This document shows, piece by piece, positions 1 through 9,814 of a stretch of DNA of 64,000 bases. The DNA comes from Nitrospirota bacterium (GTDB lineage: Bacteria; Nitrospirota; Thermodesulfovibrionia; Thermodesulfovibrionales; Dissulfurispiraceae), in NCBI GenBank assembly GCA_963710375.1, contig CAVPZX010000002.1, positions 832,001 through 896,000 of the forward strand. The letters are read 5' to 3'. The notes under the pieces were generated by a model. It ran no database searches, was not told where the DNA came from, and worked only from the letters and a program-made list of their open reading frames with translations. The translations under genes and the position numbers were made by a program. Within the stretch, counting starts at the first letter, position 1, and the number at the start of each line of letters is the position of its first letter.

Positions 1-102
1 AATTATTTCGACGGCATGGCAATAGAAGACTGCGTTACGCGATCACTTAAGGAATTCTCACGCCTGAAAGGCCATCTCTCTGCAGCCTCGCACGGAGGCT
101 AA
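1..102 (+). CDS. 3' end of a CDS entering the window (unidentified)
   Basis: Open frame from base 1 (NYFDGMAIEDCVTRSLKEFSR...GG*) ending TAA at 100-102, convergent with the next gene. Confidence 0.4.
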   Translation, partial: NYFDGMAIEDCVTRSLKEFSRLKGHLSAASHGG

Positions 103-110
103 CAGTTTCT

Positions 111-653
111 TCAGAGACTGCTGGCTATGATCCGTTTAGTGCCATCAGCAATAAGGTGGCAATCTACCCGTATGGAATGGTCTTTTAAGTGGCCTTCCAT
201 CTGTCGCTTAGCTGCATGGCAAATTTTTCTCAAAACATCAAATCGTTTTCCGTAATAAAGCCAGGGGAAAAGGTCATTGATGTCAGCGGTCTTAAACGGC
301 TGGAGTTCCTGGGTACTGACTCCCGAATTTTTAAGAAGAATAAACGCATCACCTACATCAGGGCGCCTCAATTTCCATGAGGAAACTCTTAAAATGTTTT
401 CCCATCCGAGAACTATGTGAATCCTTGAGGGGCCTGTTGCAGGGGCTGCATTAAATGTATTCATCATCTCGAGAATCGTATCAAACACATTATCCTGTTC
501 TCCGGCAAGTATGTAAACTTCATCACTGAAATGAAAGATTTCCTTGTGCGCAAGTCGTGAACTTTCGCTGTCGCAAATAACCAGCTCGCGGCTCTCTTTA
601 AGCTTTTCTATGGGACACAGAAGCGGCATATCGTTGTAACATGATTGTAACAT
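111..653 (-). CDS. hypothetical protein
   Basis: 180-aa ORF filling the gap; no motif recognised. Confidence 0.55.
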   Translation of the reverse strand: MLQSCYNDMPLLCPIEKLKESRELVICDSESSRLAHKEIFHFSDEVYILAGEQDNVFDTILEMMNTFNAAPATGPSRIHIVLGWENILRVSSWKLRRPDVGDAFILLKNSGVSTQELQPFKTADINDLFPWLYYGKRFDVLRKICHAAKRQMEGHLKDHSIRVDCHLIADGTKRIIASSL

Positions 654-741
654 TGGGGGGAGGTTCTATCTAATAAAATTAATTAATAAACTTATTATGT
701 TAAACTTCAATAATCATTCTGTATTTATTGACAAGGATTCT

Positions 742-1311
742 ATGAAAAGAATACTGCCTTGCATTTTGGCGCTTATTGTTCTTGTGAGCTGCTCATCACC
801 AAAGGAGATTGTTAAACAAGGTCCTGCGGTGCCCATGGAAGATTACAGGTCTATAGCAATTGCAAAATTTGTATCTCCTGACCCAGCTATCGGGCAAAGG
901 GTAAGTGAGCGGCTCGCAGTAAAGTTCTATGAATCCGGCTTCTCGGTAACACGCTATGAAAAACTTAAAAAACTATCAGGCAGAAATGTTTTGACCTCTC
1001 CCGAACTGACACCCGATGACAAAGCCGTACTGGAGTCAAACAACATTGAAGCAGTGCTGTACGGGACAATTGACCGTTATGAGTGTCTGACTAAGAAAAA
1101 ATTGACATGGACCGGATATAAACCGGAAAAAGAAGATATAGAATCCTGCAGCGCTTCGCTTTCGATAAAGGTGGTTGATTCCGCCACGGGTGAAACAGTA
1201 TGGCATACCCAAGGAGCCGCTTCAGAAGAGAAGCCGGACATGACCGCGCGTATGGTTATGGAAAGGGTGCTTACCAGGATAGAAGATGAAGTCCCCAAAA
1301 TTAATCGATGA
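742..1311 (+). CDS. lipoprotein, CsgG/LpoB/DUF799-like fold
   Basis: Start reassigned to ATG 742 (MKRILPCILALIVLVSC lipobox); SIAIAKF...AVLYGTI...SLSIKVVDSATGETVW pattern. Confidence 0.7.
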   Translation: MKRILPCILALIVLVSCSSPKEIVKQGPAVPMEDYRSIAIAKFVSPDPAIGQRVSERLAVKFYESGFSVTRYEKLKKLSGRNVLTSPELTPDDKAVLESNNIEAVLYGTIDRYECLTKKKLTWTGYKPEKEDIESCSASLSIKVVDSATGETVWHTQGAASEEKPDMTARMVMERVLTRIEDEVPKINR

Positions 1312-1312
1312 A

Positions 1313-1328
1313 TGGGCTCGCGAGCCCA
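1313..1328. repeat. 16-bp perfect palindrome between convergent genes
   Basis: TGGGCTCGCGAGCCCA; same GGGCTCGC/GCGAGCCC as the termini of the 8103-8293 element. Confidence 0.6.
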
Positions 1329-1336
1329 AAGGTCAA

Positions 1337-2140
1337 TTATTTATCTACTATCCCTCCAAAGACTGCCTGCACTTCCTTCAGCAGTTCCACCTGTATTGCC
1401 CTGTTTCCAGCAACAATATTTCCTGTTGACAGATAGTCATCGCCTCCACTAAAATCGGTGATGACACCTCCAGCCTCCTCGATAATAAGGCTTCCGGCAG
1501 CAATATCCCACGCGCTCAGGCCAAGCTCAAAAAAGCCCTCGCACCGACCAGCAGCAAGGTATGCCAGGTCTAGCGCGGCTGAACCAGCCCGCCTCAGGTC
1601 GCTTACCTTGAAGAGAACATTTTTGAACAGTTTCAGATACTGATCTATAAACTCCTTTCTTCTAAAAGGAAATCCTGTCGTAATAAGACTGTCCGGGCAG
1701 GCGGCAATGGTTGACACTATTATAGGCTGTTCGTTAAGGTAAGCGCCCTTGCCTTTTTCTGCGAAGAAAAGGTCTTTTCTAAGCGGGTCAAAAATTACAC
1801 CGGCAATTACTTCGCGGTGTAATTCCAGGGCAATTGAAACGCAAAAGACAGGATACTGGTGAATATAATTAGTTGTGCCGTCCAGGGGATCGATTATCCA
1901 TCGATAGCCCTCGCGCACTGTCTGTTTCACCGTCTCTTCTGCAAGTATATGGTGGTCCGGATACCGCTCCCTTATTATCCTGATAATGCAGGCTTCGGAC
2001 TCTTTATCCACGCGCGTCACAAAGTCGGATACCTGTTTGAGGCCTACATCGTCTTTAGTGAGCCTGCCGAGGTTGTCTGAAATAATCTGCCCTGCCGATA
2101 GTGCGGCAAAGACAGCTGTTTCCAAGAATGTTTCGGTCAT
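1337..2140 (-). CDS. suhB: inositol monophosphatase family protein
   Basis: DFVTRVD, WIIDPLDGTTNY, RRAGSAALDL and WDIAAG motifs. Confidence 0.93.
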   Translation of the reverse strand: MTETFLETAVFAALSAGQIISDNLGRLTKDDVGLKQVSDFVTRVDKESEACIIRIIRERYPDHHILAEETVKQTVREGYRWIIDPLDGTTNYIHQYPVFCVSIALELHREVIAGVIFDPLRKDLFFAEKGKGAYLNEQPIIVSTIAACPDSLITTGFPFRRKEFIDQYLKLFKNVLFKVSDLRRAGSAALDLAYLAAGRCEGFFELGLSAWDIAAGSLIIEEAGGVITDFSGGDDYLSTGNIVAGNRAIQVELLKEVQAVFGGIVDK

Positions 2141-3372
2141 TATTTCCGATTGAGCAGCGCAAGTGATTCGATATGATATGTTTGGGGAAAGAAATCGATC
2201 ATTCGAATGGATTCGATGTCATAGTGAACAGACAATTTTTTCAGGTCCCTCGCGAGCGTTGTAGGGTTACATGATATATAGGCAATCTTTTCAGGCAACG
2301 CCCTGAGAATGTTATCAATTGTTCTATCTGTCAGCCCGGGTCTAGGGGGATCGACAATAAGCGTATCGACATTATCGTTAATGCCGGCCGAATCCATGGA
2401 GGAATTGATGAAAGTACAATTTTTAATGTTGTTGATCTCTGCGTTTCTAATGCCATCAGCTACCGCGTCACTGCTCTCTTCTACCGCTACCACATAATCG
2501 GCGGCTGCGGCAAGTGGAAAAGAAAAATTGCCGGCGCCCGAGCAGATATCCATGACTCTTTTGCCCTTCAGTGGCTGAAGTATAGTTTTAAGGAATCCGA
2601 CAACTGCCTGATTCAACGACCAGTTGCTCTGGAAAAAGCTCAGTGGCGATACAGTGTAGCTCAGATTTTCGAGATCGAGCGTCAGGTATTGCATCCCCAG
2701 CCTGATTGCTTGCCTGTGCGGCATCTGGATAATAACTCCGGAAAAACCGCTGTCCAGAAAATCCCGGGAGAGTTTGCCATAATCCATATCGTCAGGATGC
2801 GAAGTTTTTAACAATGCAACAGCTCCGCCTCCAAAAGAAATATGTATTTCTCCGGCTGTCATATTACCCACAAGTGATCTCGCTTTTGCAAGGTATTGAT
2901 TGACTTCTTCCGACATCAGCGGACAGGCTTTGATATCGACAACTTCACGAGATTTCTCCTTATAAAAACCGGTCCTGCCGCGCGCTATTTTAAACTGTCC
3001 CCTGAGCCTGTAGTTCCAGGGGCTGGAACTCACAATCGATGGGGAAAGCTCCATTTCCGTCTTTGCTATGCGTTTGATGCAGTCCCTGAGAATTTCCTCT
3101 TTAAGCCGCACCTGCCGACTGTAGGCAATAAATTGAAGCTGGCACCCGCCGCACAAGCTGAAATAACCGCATTCCGGCACGCACCTGTCAGGAGAGGGGT
3201 TGGGGATTGAAACCGCCGTACCGAGACTGTAATCTTTCTTCTCCTCTTCGATCTTTACCTCAGCCGTTTCGCCGGGAATTGCGCCTTTTATCATTATAAC
3301 CTTCCCGTGCAGCTTGCTGATTGAACGGCCTCCGTAAGCGGGTATCTCAGCTTTGATTGTAATTAATGGCAT
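2140..3372 (-). CDS. rlmD: 23S rRNA m5U methyltransferase, RlmD/TrmA family
   Basis: TRAM N-terminus, CGGCQLQ Fe-S motif, SFFQ, VDPPR, YISCNP, DFFPQTYHIE. Confidence 0.88.
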   Translation of the reverse strand: MPLITIKAEIPAYGGRSISKLHGKVIMIKGAIPGETAEVKIEEEKKDYSLGTAVSIPNPSPDRCVPECGYFSLCGGCQLQFIAYSRQVRLKEEILRDCIKRIAKTEMELSPSIVSSSPWNYRLRGQFKIARGRTGFYKEKSREVVDIKACPLMSEEVNQYLAKARSLVGNMTAGEIHISFGGGAVALLKTSHPDDMDYGKLSRDFLDSGFSGVIIQMPHRQAIRLGMQYLTLDLENLSYTVSPLSFFQSNWSLNQAVVGFLKTILQPLKGKRVMDICSGAGNFSFPLAAAADYVVAVEESSDAVADGIRNAEINNIKNCTFINSSMDSAGINDNVDTLIVDPPRPGLTDRTIDNILRALPEKIAYISCNPTTLARDLKKLSVHYDIESIRMIDFFPQTYHIESLALLNRK

Positions 3373-3469
3373 CTGTTTATTCTACCATATTGGTTATCAG
3401 CAGCGGGCAGTGGTGCTTTCATCGCGTCGAAAAACAAGCCTTTCTCTTCCTATTCTTCCACTACAGATA

Positions 3470-3499
3470 CTTGACAAGATTCAACTAAGGTATTATTAT
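3470..3499 (+). promoter_or_regulatory. sigma70 promoter of the dnaJ-hspR-clpB operon overlapping a HAIR-like site
   Basis: TTGACA(3471)-17 bp-TATTAT(3494); CTTGACA-N7-ACTAAGG partly matches HAIR CTTGAGT-N7-ACTCAAG. Confidence 0.55.
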
Positions 3500-3520
3500 A
3501 TGGTTAAAGAGAGGTAAAAA

Positions 3521-4603
3521 ATGGCTACATCGGTGAAAGATTACTACAAAATACTGGGCGTTAATGAAAATGCCGCGCAGGATGACATCAAGAAGGCTTT
3601 CAGAAAGCTCGCCAGAAAGTACCATCCAGACCTGAATCCCGGAGACAAAACCTCTGAAGAAAAGTTTAAGGAACTTAATGAGGCCTATGCAGTGCTCGGC
3701 GACAAAGATAAGCGGGCGCAGTATGACAGTGCGGGGACGACGTATGAGCAGTTTGGCGGATCAGATGCATTCAGGGGGTATGGCGGCGGTGAAGCGTTCG
3801 ATTTCAGTGATATCTTTGGTGATATCTTTGCGTCACGGACCGAGGGTCTGTCCCGTAATGCGAGAGGGTCTGACCTACTGGCAGGCATTGAACTTACTCT
3901 TGAGGAGGCCTTCAACGGACTGACGAGACCGCTTACCTTAAAGCGGACAATCCATTGCGATAAATGCGGTGGAAGCGGGGCCGAGGCTTCCCAGACCTGT
4001 CCTGCATGTAAAGGGACCGGCCATATTCAAACAGCAAAAGGCTATTTCAAAATGGCCCAGGTCTGTCCTGAATGCAAGGGTACCGGGAAAAAAATTATCT
4101 CTGTATGTAAAAAATGCGCCGGAAGAGGAGATATCCTTAATACAGAAAACTTAAATGTAAAAATACCTGCAGGAGTTGATAACGGGTCGGTTGTCAAATT
4201 AAAAGGCATGGGCAATGCCGGTACAGGCAAAGGGCCCGCGGGAGACCTTCTTCTGGAAATAACTGTCAGGCCACACCCGGTATTCACAAGGAAAGGAAAT
4301 GACATTTACCTGCAGCTGCCGGTAACCTTTGGAGAAGCGGCACTCGGCGCAAAAGTGGAAGTCCCGACTATTGACGGGGTCTCGATCATGAAGCTGCCGC
4401 CTGGAACGCAGGGTTCCCAGAAATTCAAACTTTCAGGAAAGGGCTTCATTCATCACAATACTAAAGCGAGGGGCGATGAATATGTTGAGATTAAAATCGT
4501 GGTGCCTGTCGACATCCCTGAAAAGGCACGAGAGGCGATACATGTTATAGACTCTTTATATAAGAAAGATCCCAGGAAGGGAATGGTGCATCATGCGGAT
4601 TAA
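3521..4603 (+). CDS. dnaJ: molecular chaperone DnaJ
   Basis: J domain with HPD, G/F region, four CxxCxGxG repeats. Confidence 0.95.
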   Translation: MATSVKDYYKILGVNENAAQDDIKKAFRKLARKYHPDLNPGDKTSEEKFKELNEAYAVLGDKDKRAQYDSAGTTYEQFGGSDAFRGYGGGEAFDFSDIFGDIFASRTEGLSRNARGSDLLAGIELTLEEAFNGLTRPLTLKRTIHCDKCGGSGAEASQTCPACKGTGHIQTAKGYFKMAQVCPECKGTGKKIISVCKKCAGRGDILNTENLNVKIPAGVDNGSVVKLKGMGNAGTGKGPAGDLLLEITVRPHPVFTRKGNDIYLQLPVTFGEAALGAKVEVPTIDGVSIMKLPPGTQGSQKFKLSGKGFIHHNTKARGDEYVEIKIVVPVDIPEKAREAIHVIDSLYKKDPRKGMVHHAD

Positions 4604-4949
4604 CAAGAGGCAGGACAAAAGCAGCCCTGTATACATGATAAGCGTCGTATCGAGAATACTCGAAGTCCATCCGCAGACACTTCGCATGTACGAGCGGGAA
4701 GGATTTGTGAGTCCTCATCGGATAAACCGCCAGCGGCTCTATTCGGAAGAGGACATTGAGCGGCTCGATTTGGTAATAAACCTCATCAAAGAACTCGGGG
4801 TCAATAAGGCTGGAGTAGATATTATCCTCCGTATGCGCAAGCGCCTTAAAGCGCTGCATGCTGAAATGATGGAAATGATGCAATTTTTAGACGACGACGT
4901 GAAAGAGGAGTTTGAAAGCCATATTCACAATATATTGAGTGAAGAGTAG
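4593..4949 (+). CDS. hspR: MerR-family heat-shock repressor HspR
   Basis: YMISVVSRILEVHPQTLRMYERxG...RLYS, GVNKAGV; between dnaJ and clpB. Confidence 0.88.
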   Translation: MRINKRQDKSSPVYMISVVSRILEVHPQTLRMYEREGFVSPHRINRQRLYSEEDIERLDLVINLIKELGVNKAGVDIILRMRKRLKALHAEMMEMMQFLDDDVKEEFESHIHNILSEE

Positions 4950-4964
4950 GCAGGAGGAATAGTT

Positions 4965-7612
4965 ATGAGATTAGATAAATTAACGGTCAAAAGCCAGGAA
5001 GCTATGCAGGAAGCGCAGGGCATTGCTGAAAGAAACGGCAATCAGCAGCTCGATGTAGAACATCTGCTCTTAGCGCTCCTCGTTGATGAAGAAGGCATTG
5101 CGCTTCAAATACTCAGAAGGCTCGGAGCCGATATTGCTGAGATAAGGAAAGAGACTGAAAAAGAGATAGAGCGTTTTCCAAAGGTATCCGGAGCTGCCCC
5201 TATGGGCCAGCTATACATCGCACCACGCTTGAAAACCGTACTTGAGAAGGCGTATGAAGAGGCAACCCATCTGACAGATGAGTTTATCAGTGTCGAGCAC
5301 CTGCTGCTGGCCATCGCCAACACCTACGGTCCTGCATCTGAGATCCTCAAACGGAGCAGCGCTCCACCCGATGCAATCCTTACCGCTATGCGCGAGATCC
5401 GCGGTGTCCATCGGGTTACGGACCCAAATCCGGAAGAGAAATACCAGGCCCTTGCCAGGTACGGCAAGGACCTCACCGATCTTGCGCGAAAAGGGAAGCT
5501 CGATCCTGTTATCGGAAGAGACGAAGAAATACGCAGGATTATCCAGGTGCTCTCGAGAAGAACAAAAAACAATCCTGTGCTCATCGGAGATCCGGGCGTA
5601 GGGAAAACAGCAATCGCTGAAGGACTTGCCCAGAGAATTGTTGCCGGGGATGTGCCTGAAACACTGAAAGACAAGCGCCTGATAACCCTAGATATAGCAA
5701 GTCTCGTTGCAGGCTCAAAATTCCGCGGCGAATTTGAAGAGCGCCTCAAAGCTGTATTAAAAGAGATCGAGCAGTCGGAAGGCAAGGTCATAACCTTTAT
5801 CGACGAACTCCATACCCTGGTCGGCGCGGGCGCGGCCGAGGGGTCGGTTGATGCATCCAACATGCTCAAACCTGCTCTTTCCCGGGGTGAGTTGCGCTGT
5901 GTCGGGGCAACAACCGTAAATGAATACAGGAAGTATATAGAAAAAGATCCTGCATTAGAGCGGAGGTTCCAGCCTGTTTATGTTAAAGAGCCTTCTGTCG
6001 AAGATACTATTTCGATTCTCAGGGGACTAAAGGATAAATATGAGGTCCACCACGGAGTAAAGATAAAAGATTCCGCCCTTGTCGCAGCAGCGGTCCTTTC
6101 TCACAGATATATAACCGACAGGTTCCTTCCTGACAAGGCCATAGACCTGATCGATGAATCTGCCTCAAAGTTGAGAATGGAAATAGACAGCATGCCGACC
6201 GAACTTGACGAAATCGAAAGAAAATTGAGGCAGCTCGAGATCGAGAAACGGGCTGTAATGCGCGACGACGGCTCTCAGGACGCGAGGGAGAAGCTCGAAA
6301 AACTGTCAAGGGAAATGGCTGAACTTCAATCAAAACGGGACGTGCTCAGAGCGCAGTGGTTGAGCGAAAAAGAAGCAATTCAGAAGATCAGGGACCTTAA
6401 AGAGCAGCTCGAAACAACAAAAATCGAATCAGAGAGGGCCGAGCGTGAGGGAGACCTTGCCAAGGCTGCCGAGTTGAAGTACGGCAAGCTCCTGCAACTG
6501 CAGAAACTCCTTGAAGAGGACAACCTTAAGCTTCGCGAGACCCAGTCAAGGAGAAAGATGCTGAAGGAAGAGGTCGATGAAGAAGACATCGCTGAAGTAG
6601 TTTCGAAATGGTCCGGGGTGCCGGTGTCGAGAATGCTCGAAAGCGAAGTCCAGAAGTTGATCAAAATGGATGATAATCTCAGGAAAAGGGTCGTAGGCCA
6701 GGATGAGGCAATCGCCGCAGTATCCAATGCCATCAGAAGGGCGCGTGCCGGCATCCAGGACCCGAACAGGCCTATTGGATCATTCCTGTTCCTCGGCCCT
6801 ACAGGTGTAGGCAAAACCGAACTGGCAAAGGCGCTTGCCGAATTTCTCTTTGATGATGAAGCAGCGGTCATACGGATAGATATGTCCGAATATCAGGAGC
6901 GCCACACTACCTCACGGCTGATTGGAGCGCCTCCCGGCTATGTTGGCTACGAGGAAGGCGGGCAACTGACCGAAGCGGTGCGGAGAAGGCCGTATTCGGT
7001 GATATTATTTGACGAGGTTGAAAAGGCGCACCCTGAAGTATTCAACCTCCTCCTGCACTCCTCGATGACGGCAGGCTGACTGATGGGCATGGAAGAACAG
7101 TGGACTTCAGAAACGCCGTTGTCATTATGACATCCAACATAGGTAGTACACACATACAGGAGATACTCGAGGAGAGGGCCCGGAGGCCTGTGGCGCGCTG
7201 GTACGACGAAAACAGGCAGGACCTGCGGGACAAGATAATGAGCGACCTGAAATCCTTCTTCAGGCCTGAGTTCCTTAACAGGGTCGATGATATCATAATC
7301 TTCAACCCGCTCAATGAGGAGTTGCTGAAGAGCATTGTAGAAATTCAGGTTGCGAGGATGAAAAAGTATCTGCTGGAGAAGAAGTTAGATATAGTGCTCA
7401 CCGATGCGGCGAAAAAACATATCGCTCATGTGGGATACGACCCTGTTTTCGGCGCCCGTCCGCTCAAACGGGCCATACAGAATGAAATCCTCAACCCGCT
7501 CGCACTTAAAATACTTGACAGGACATTTAAAGAAGGCAGTGTGGTTGAAGTGGACTACGATGGGGGGAATATTGTATTTAGAAGCCTGGCAGTAGACAAA
7601 GTTAAATGTTAA
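4965..7612 (+). CDS. clpB: ATP-dependent disaggregase ClpB (1-nt deletion near 7057, probably a sequencing error)
   Basis: Two AAA+ modules ([16 protein letters not shown]) and coiled-coil M domain; FNLLL(Q)[10 protein letters not shown] is split across two frames. Confidence 0.93.
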
Positions 7613-7644
7613 CAGCTGAATGCTTGAACGTTAAGGAGGGTGTC

Positions 7645-8103
7645 ATGTCGGTGATCAACTGGGGGTCAGTTAAAGAACTCGAAGAAATGAGGAGGGACAT
7701 GGACCGGCTTTTTGATGAAATCTTTTCTCCCCTGCAGAGAAGACGGAGAACATGGGGCGAAAAGCCTCAGGCAGGGCCCATTGTTCCGAATGTTGAGATC
7801 TATGACAGAAAAAACGAGATCGTGTTCAGGGCCGAGCTCCCTGGAGTGAAGAAAGAGGATATTGATCTTTCTATTTCAAAAGACTCTCTCACCCTGAAAG
7901 GAGAGATCAAAAAAGAAGAAGAGGTTGGGACTGTATACTACGTCAGTGAAATAAGCTACGGCAGCTTTGCCAGGACCGTCGCGCTGCCGGTCGAGGTCGA
8001 AAGCGAAAAGGCAAAAGCCACATTCAAAGATGGACTCCTTGAACTCATTCTTCCAAAGCAGGAGGAGGCAAAGCCGAAAGAAATAAAAATTGAAGTGTTT
8101 TAG
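7645..8103 (+). CDS. Hsp20/alpha-crystallin small heat-shock protein
   Basis: AELPGV, YGSFARTVALP, ATFKDGLLEL; RBS AGGAGG before ATG 7645. Confidence 0.92.
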   Translation: MSVINWGSVKELEEMRRDMDRLFDEIFSPLQRRRRTWGEKPQAGPIVPNVEIYDRKNEIVFRAELPGVKKEDIDLSISKDSLTLKGEIKKEEEVGTVYYVSEISYGSFARTVALPVEVESEKAKATFKDGLLELILPKQEEAKPKEIKIEVF

Positions 8104-8293
8104 GGCTCGCAAATAAACAACTTGTGCATTCAGGCGCTCAGCTTTGGGTCAGATTTGGCTGATCCGACTGAGCAAAACCGCAGGCGTAGCATAGCTACGT
8201 TCCGCACTCGGGCGGGATTTTGCGACTGAGGATCAGGCAAAGATGGCCTGAATCTGAGATGCATCAATGTGCAAGTTATTTATTCGCGAGCCC
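8103..8293. mobile_element. MITE-like 191-bp palindromic element
   Basis: Imperfect terminal IR of about 28 bp (GGGCTCGCAAATAAACAACTTGTGCATT / AATGTGCAAGTTATTTATTCGCGAGCCC) with further internal pairing; TTA on both flanks. Confidence 0.65.
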
Positions 8294-8300
8294 TTAGTAA

Positions 8301-8330
8301 TTGACAACCCAACAATCGTTTTGTTATAAA
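8301..8330 (+). promoter_or_regulatory. sigma70 promoter of tRNA-Asn
   Basis: TTGACA at 8301 and TGtTATAAA ending 8330, 11 bp before the tRNA. Confidence 0.6.
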
Positions 8331-8341
8331 AGAAGTTCTAT

Positions 8342-8417
8342 TCCCGGGTAGCTCAGCTGGCAGAGCAGGTGGCTGTTAACCACCCTGTCGGGGGTTCGAA
8401 TCCCTCCCCGGGAGCCA
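8342..8417 (+). tRNA. tRNA-Asn(GTT)
   Basis: 76-nt cloverleaf: acceptor TCCCGGG/CCCGGGA, anticodon arm GGTGG-CT GTT AA-CCACC, GTTCGAATC T loop, CCA end. Confidence 0.97.
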
Positions 8418-8448
8418 GCCGTTACTCTCAGCAAAACCATTTGCTGTT

Positions 8449-8522
8449 TGTGTCGCGGAACCATAGTTTGAGACGAAATCTCATACTATGGTTCTTTTGC
8501 ACTCTGTCTCAAACTATGGTTC
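8449..8522. repeat. tRNA-proximal transposon end with 3 putative TnsB sites
   Basis: GAACCATAGTTTGAGAC at 8458-8474; inverted copies at 8478-8494 and 8506-8522. Confidence 0.8.
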
Positions 8523-9054
8523 GGATTATTTTAAATAATAATCTGTATGGCCGTTATCTGGCTGTATACGCCCACCATTGTAGGCGATATCTGAAAGTGA
8601 CCTAATAATTATACGGCCCAAGCCCACTCTAAATTAGTCGCATGTTCCGATTCGCCCCGAAACATGCACAGTGAAGTTCTTCCTCGACACCAGCTGCAAT
8701 TTCCTGAACCTCTCTTTTCCCCTTTGAACTGCGCAAAATTGCGAGGACTCAGTCGGCGGGCAGTACTCCCTACAATCGTTATTTCGTAAGATAGCAGTTT
8801 TTATAAAGCTTTCAACCCGCAATTAATAAAACACTGCCCTTTTTTGTGAAGAATACCCTGTGCTGCACGTAAAAATCGAAACGAGGCTCCGCAGCCCCGG
8901 AACAGCCGATATCCGTTTCAGACGTACATCCATCGGTGTACTGTTGTATGGCGGTAATATTCACTGGAATGTGTTCACTGAAACTTGTATGAGAAAGTGG
9001 TATCTGCTAATATTTGAATCAATAACACATTAAATTTTAAAGGAGACCTTATGT

Positions 9055-9582
9055 ATGCGTGCAAATAAGAGTAGCTTGATCAAAGCGGTTTTGGCCTGTC
9101 TGCTTCTCTTATCATTTGTATCTGTTGTCCATGCCGCTGGAAGTAAGCGATTCACTCTAAAAGGTGGCGTTATTTATGACTCATCAACCGGGCTCCAATG
9201 GGCACCCGCCCCTAACGACGCAGGATATGTCATGCCGAACCAAAGGAAGGCCGCGAATAAAAGCCTGATGAGGAAAATGAATTATCATCAGGCAGATGAA
9301 TATGCCCGGAATTTAAACCTTGCCGGAGGCGGATGGCGTCTGCCGACAATAGAGGAACTAAAGAGCTTGTATGACACAACCAAACCCGGTAATGTGGATC
9401 CTGTTTTTAATATTATTAAAAATTGGGCATGGACATCAGAGTCGCGTGGTACTGGTACGATGGACGCGTGGGCCTTCTGTTTCGACGGTAGCGGATGCGG
9501 TGGCGACGGTACCGGCGGTCATGGCGTCAACATTTACCGCGCCGGCATCTTTCCAGTTCTGGCAGTGCGGTCCCGAAAGTGA
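9055..9582 (+). CDS. secreted DUF1566 (Lcl C-terminal, CLec-fold) protein
   Basis: Signal peptide; DSSTGLQW, ADEYARNL...GWRLPTIEELKSL, WTS, VLAVR. Confidence 0.8.
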   Translation: MRANKSSLIKAVLACLLLLSFVSVVHAAGSKRFTLKGGVIYDSSTGLQWAPAPNDAGYVMPNQRKAANKSLMRKMNYHQADEYARNLNLAGGGWRLPTIEELKSLYDTTKPGNVDPVFNIIKNWAWTSESRGTGTMDAWAFCFDGSGCGGDGTGGHGVNIYRAGIFPVLAVRSRK

Positions 9583-9814
9583 TGTGGATCATTTGATCCT
9601 TTGATAAAGACCTGTTTTCACGCAAAGGCCCAAAGGGTGCAAAGAAAGGCAAGGCGAACCACATAGGCACGAATACAGAGAGAAAAACAATAAATAATTT
9701 CTCACAATGCAGCAAAAACCTGGAAAAAATTGAAACCACGGTAACGGCGATTTTTGTTTGGAGCAACCATAAAAAAGGAGAAAGGTTCTGGAAAATAGAT
9801 ACATAGGATATAAC

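Noticed and set aside
4965..7612. clpB as two genes or a programmed frameshift
   Set aside because: The break falls inside a conserved motif with no slippery sequence; a 1-nt error explains it.
8369..8605. 78-aa ORF in the track
   Set aside because: It overlaps the tRNA and the transposon end repeats; spurious.
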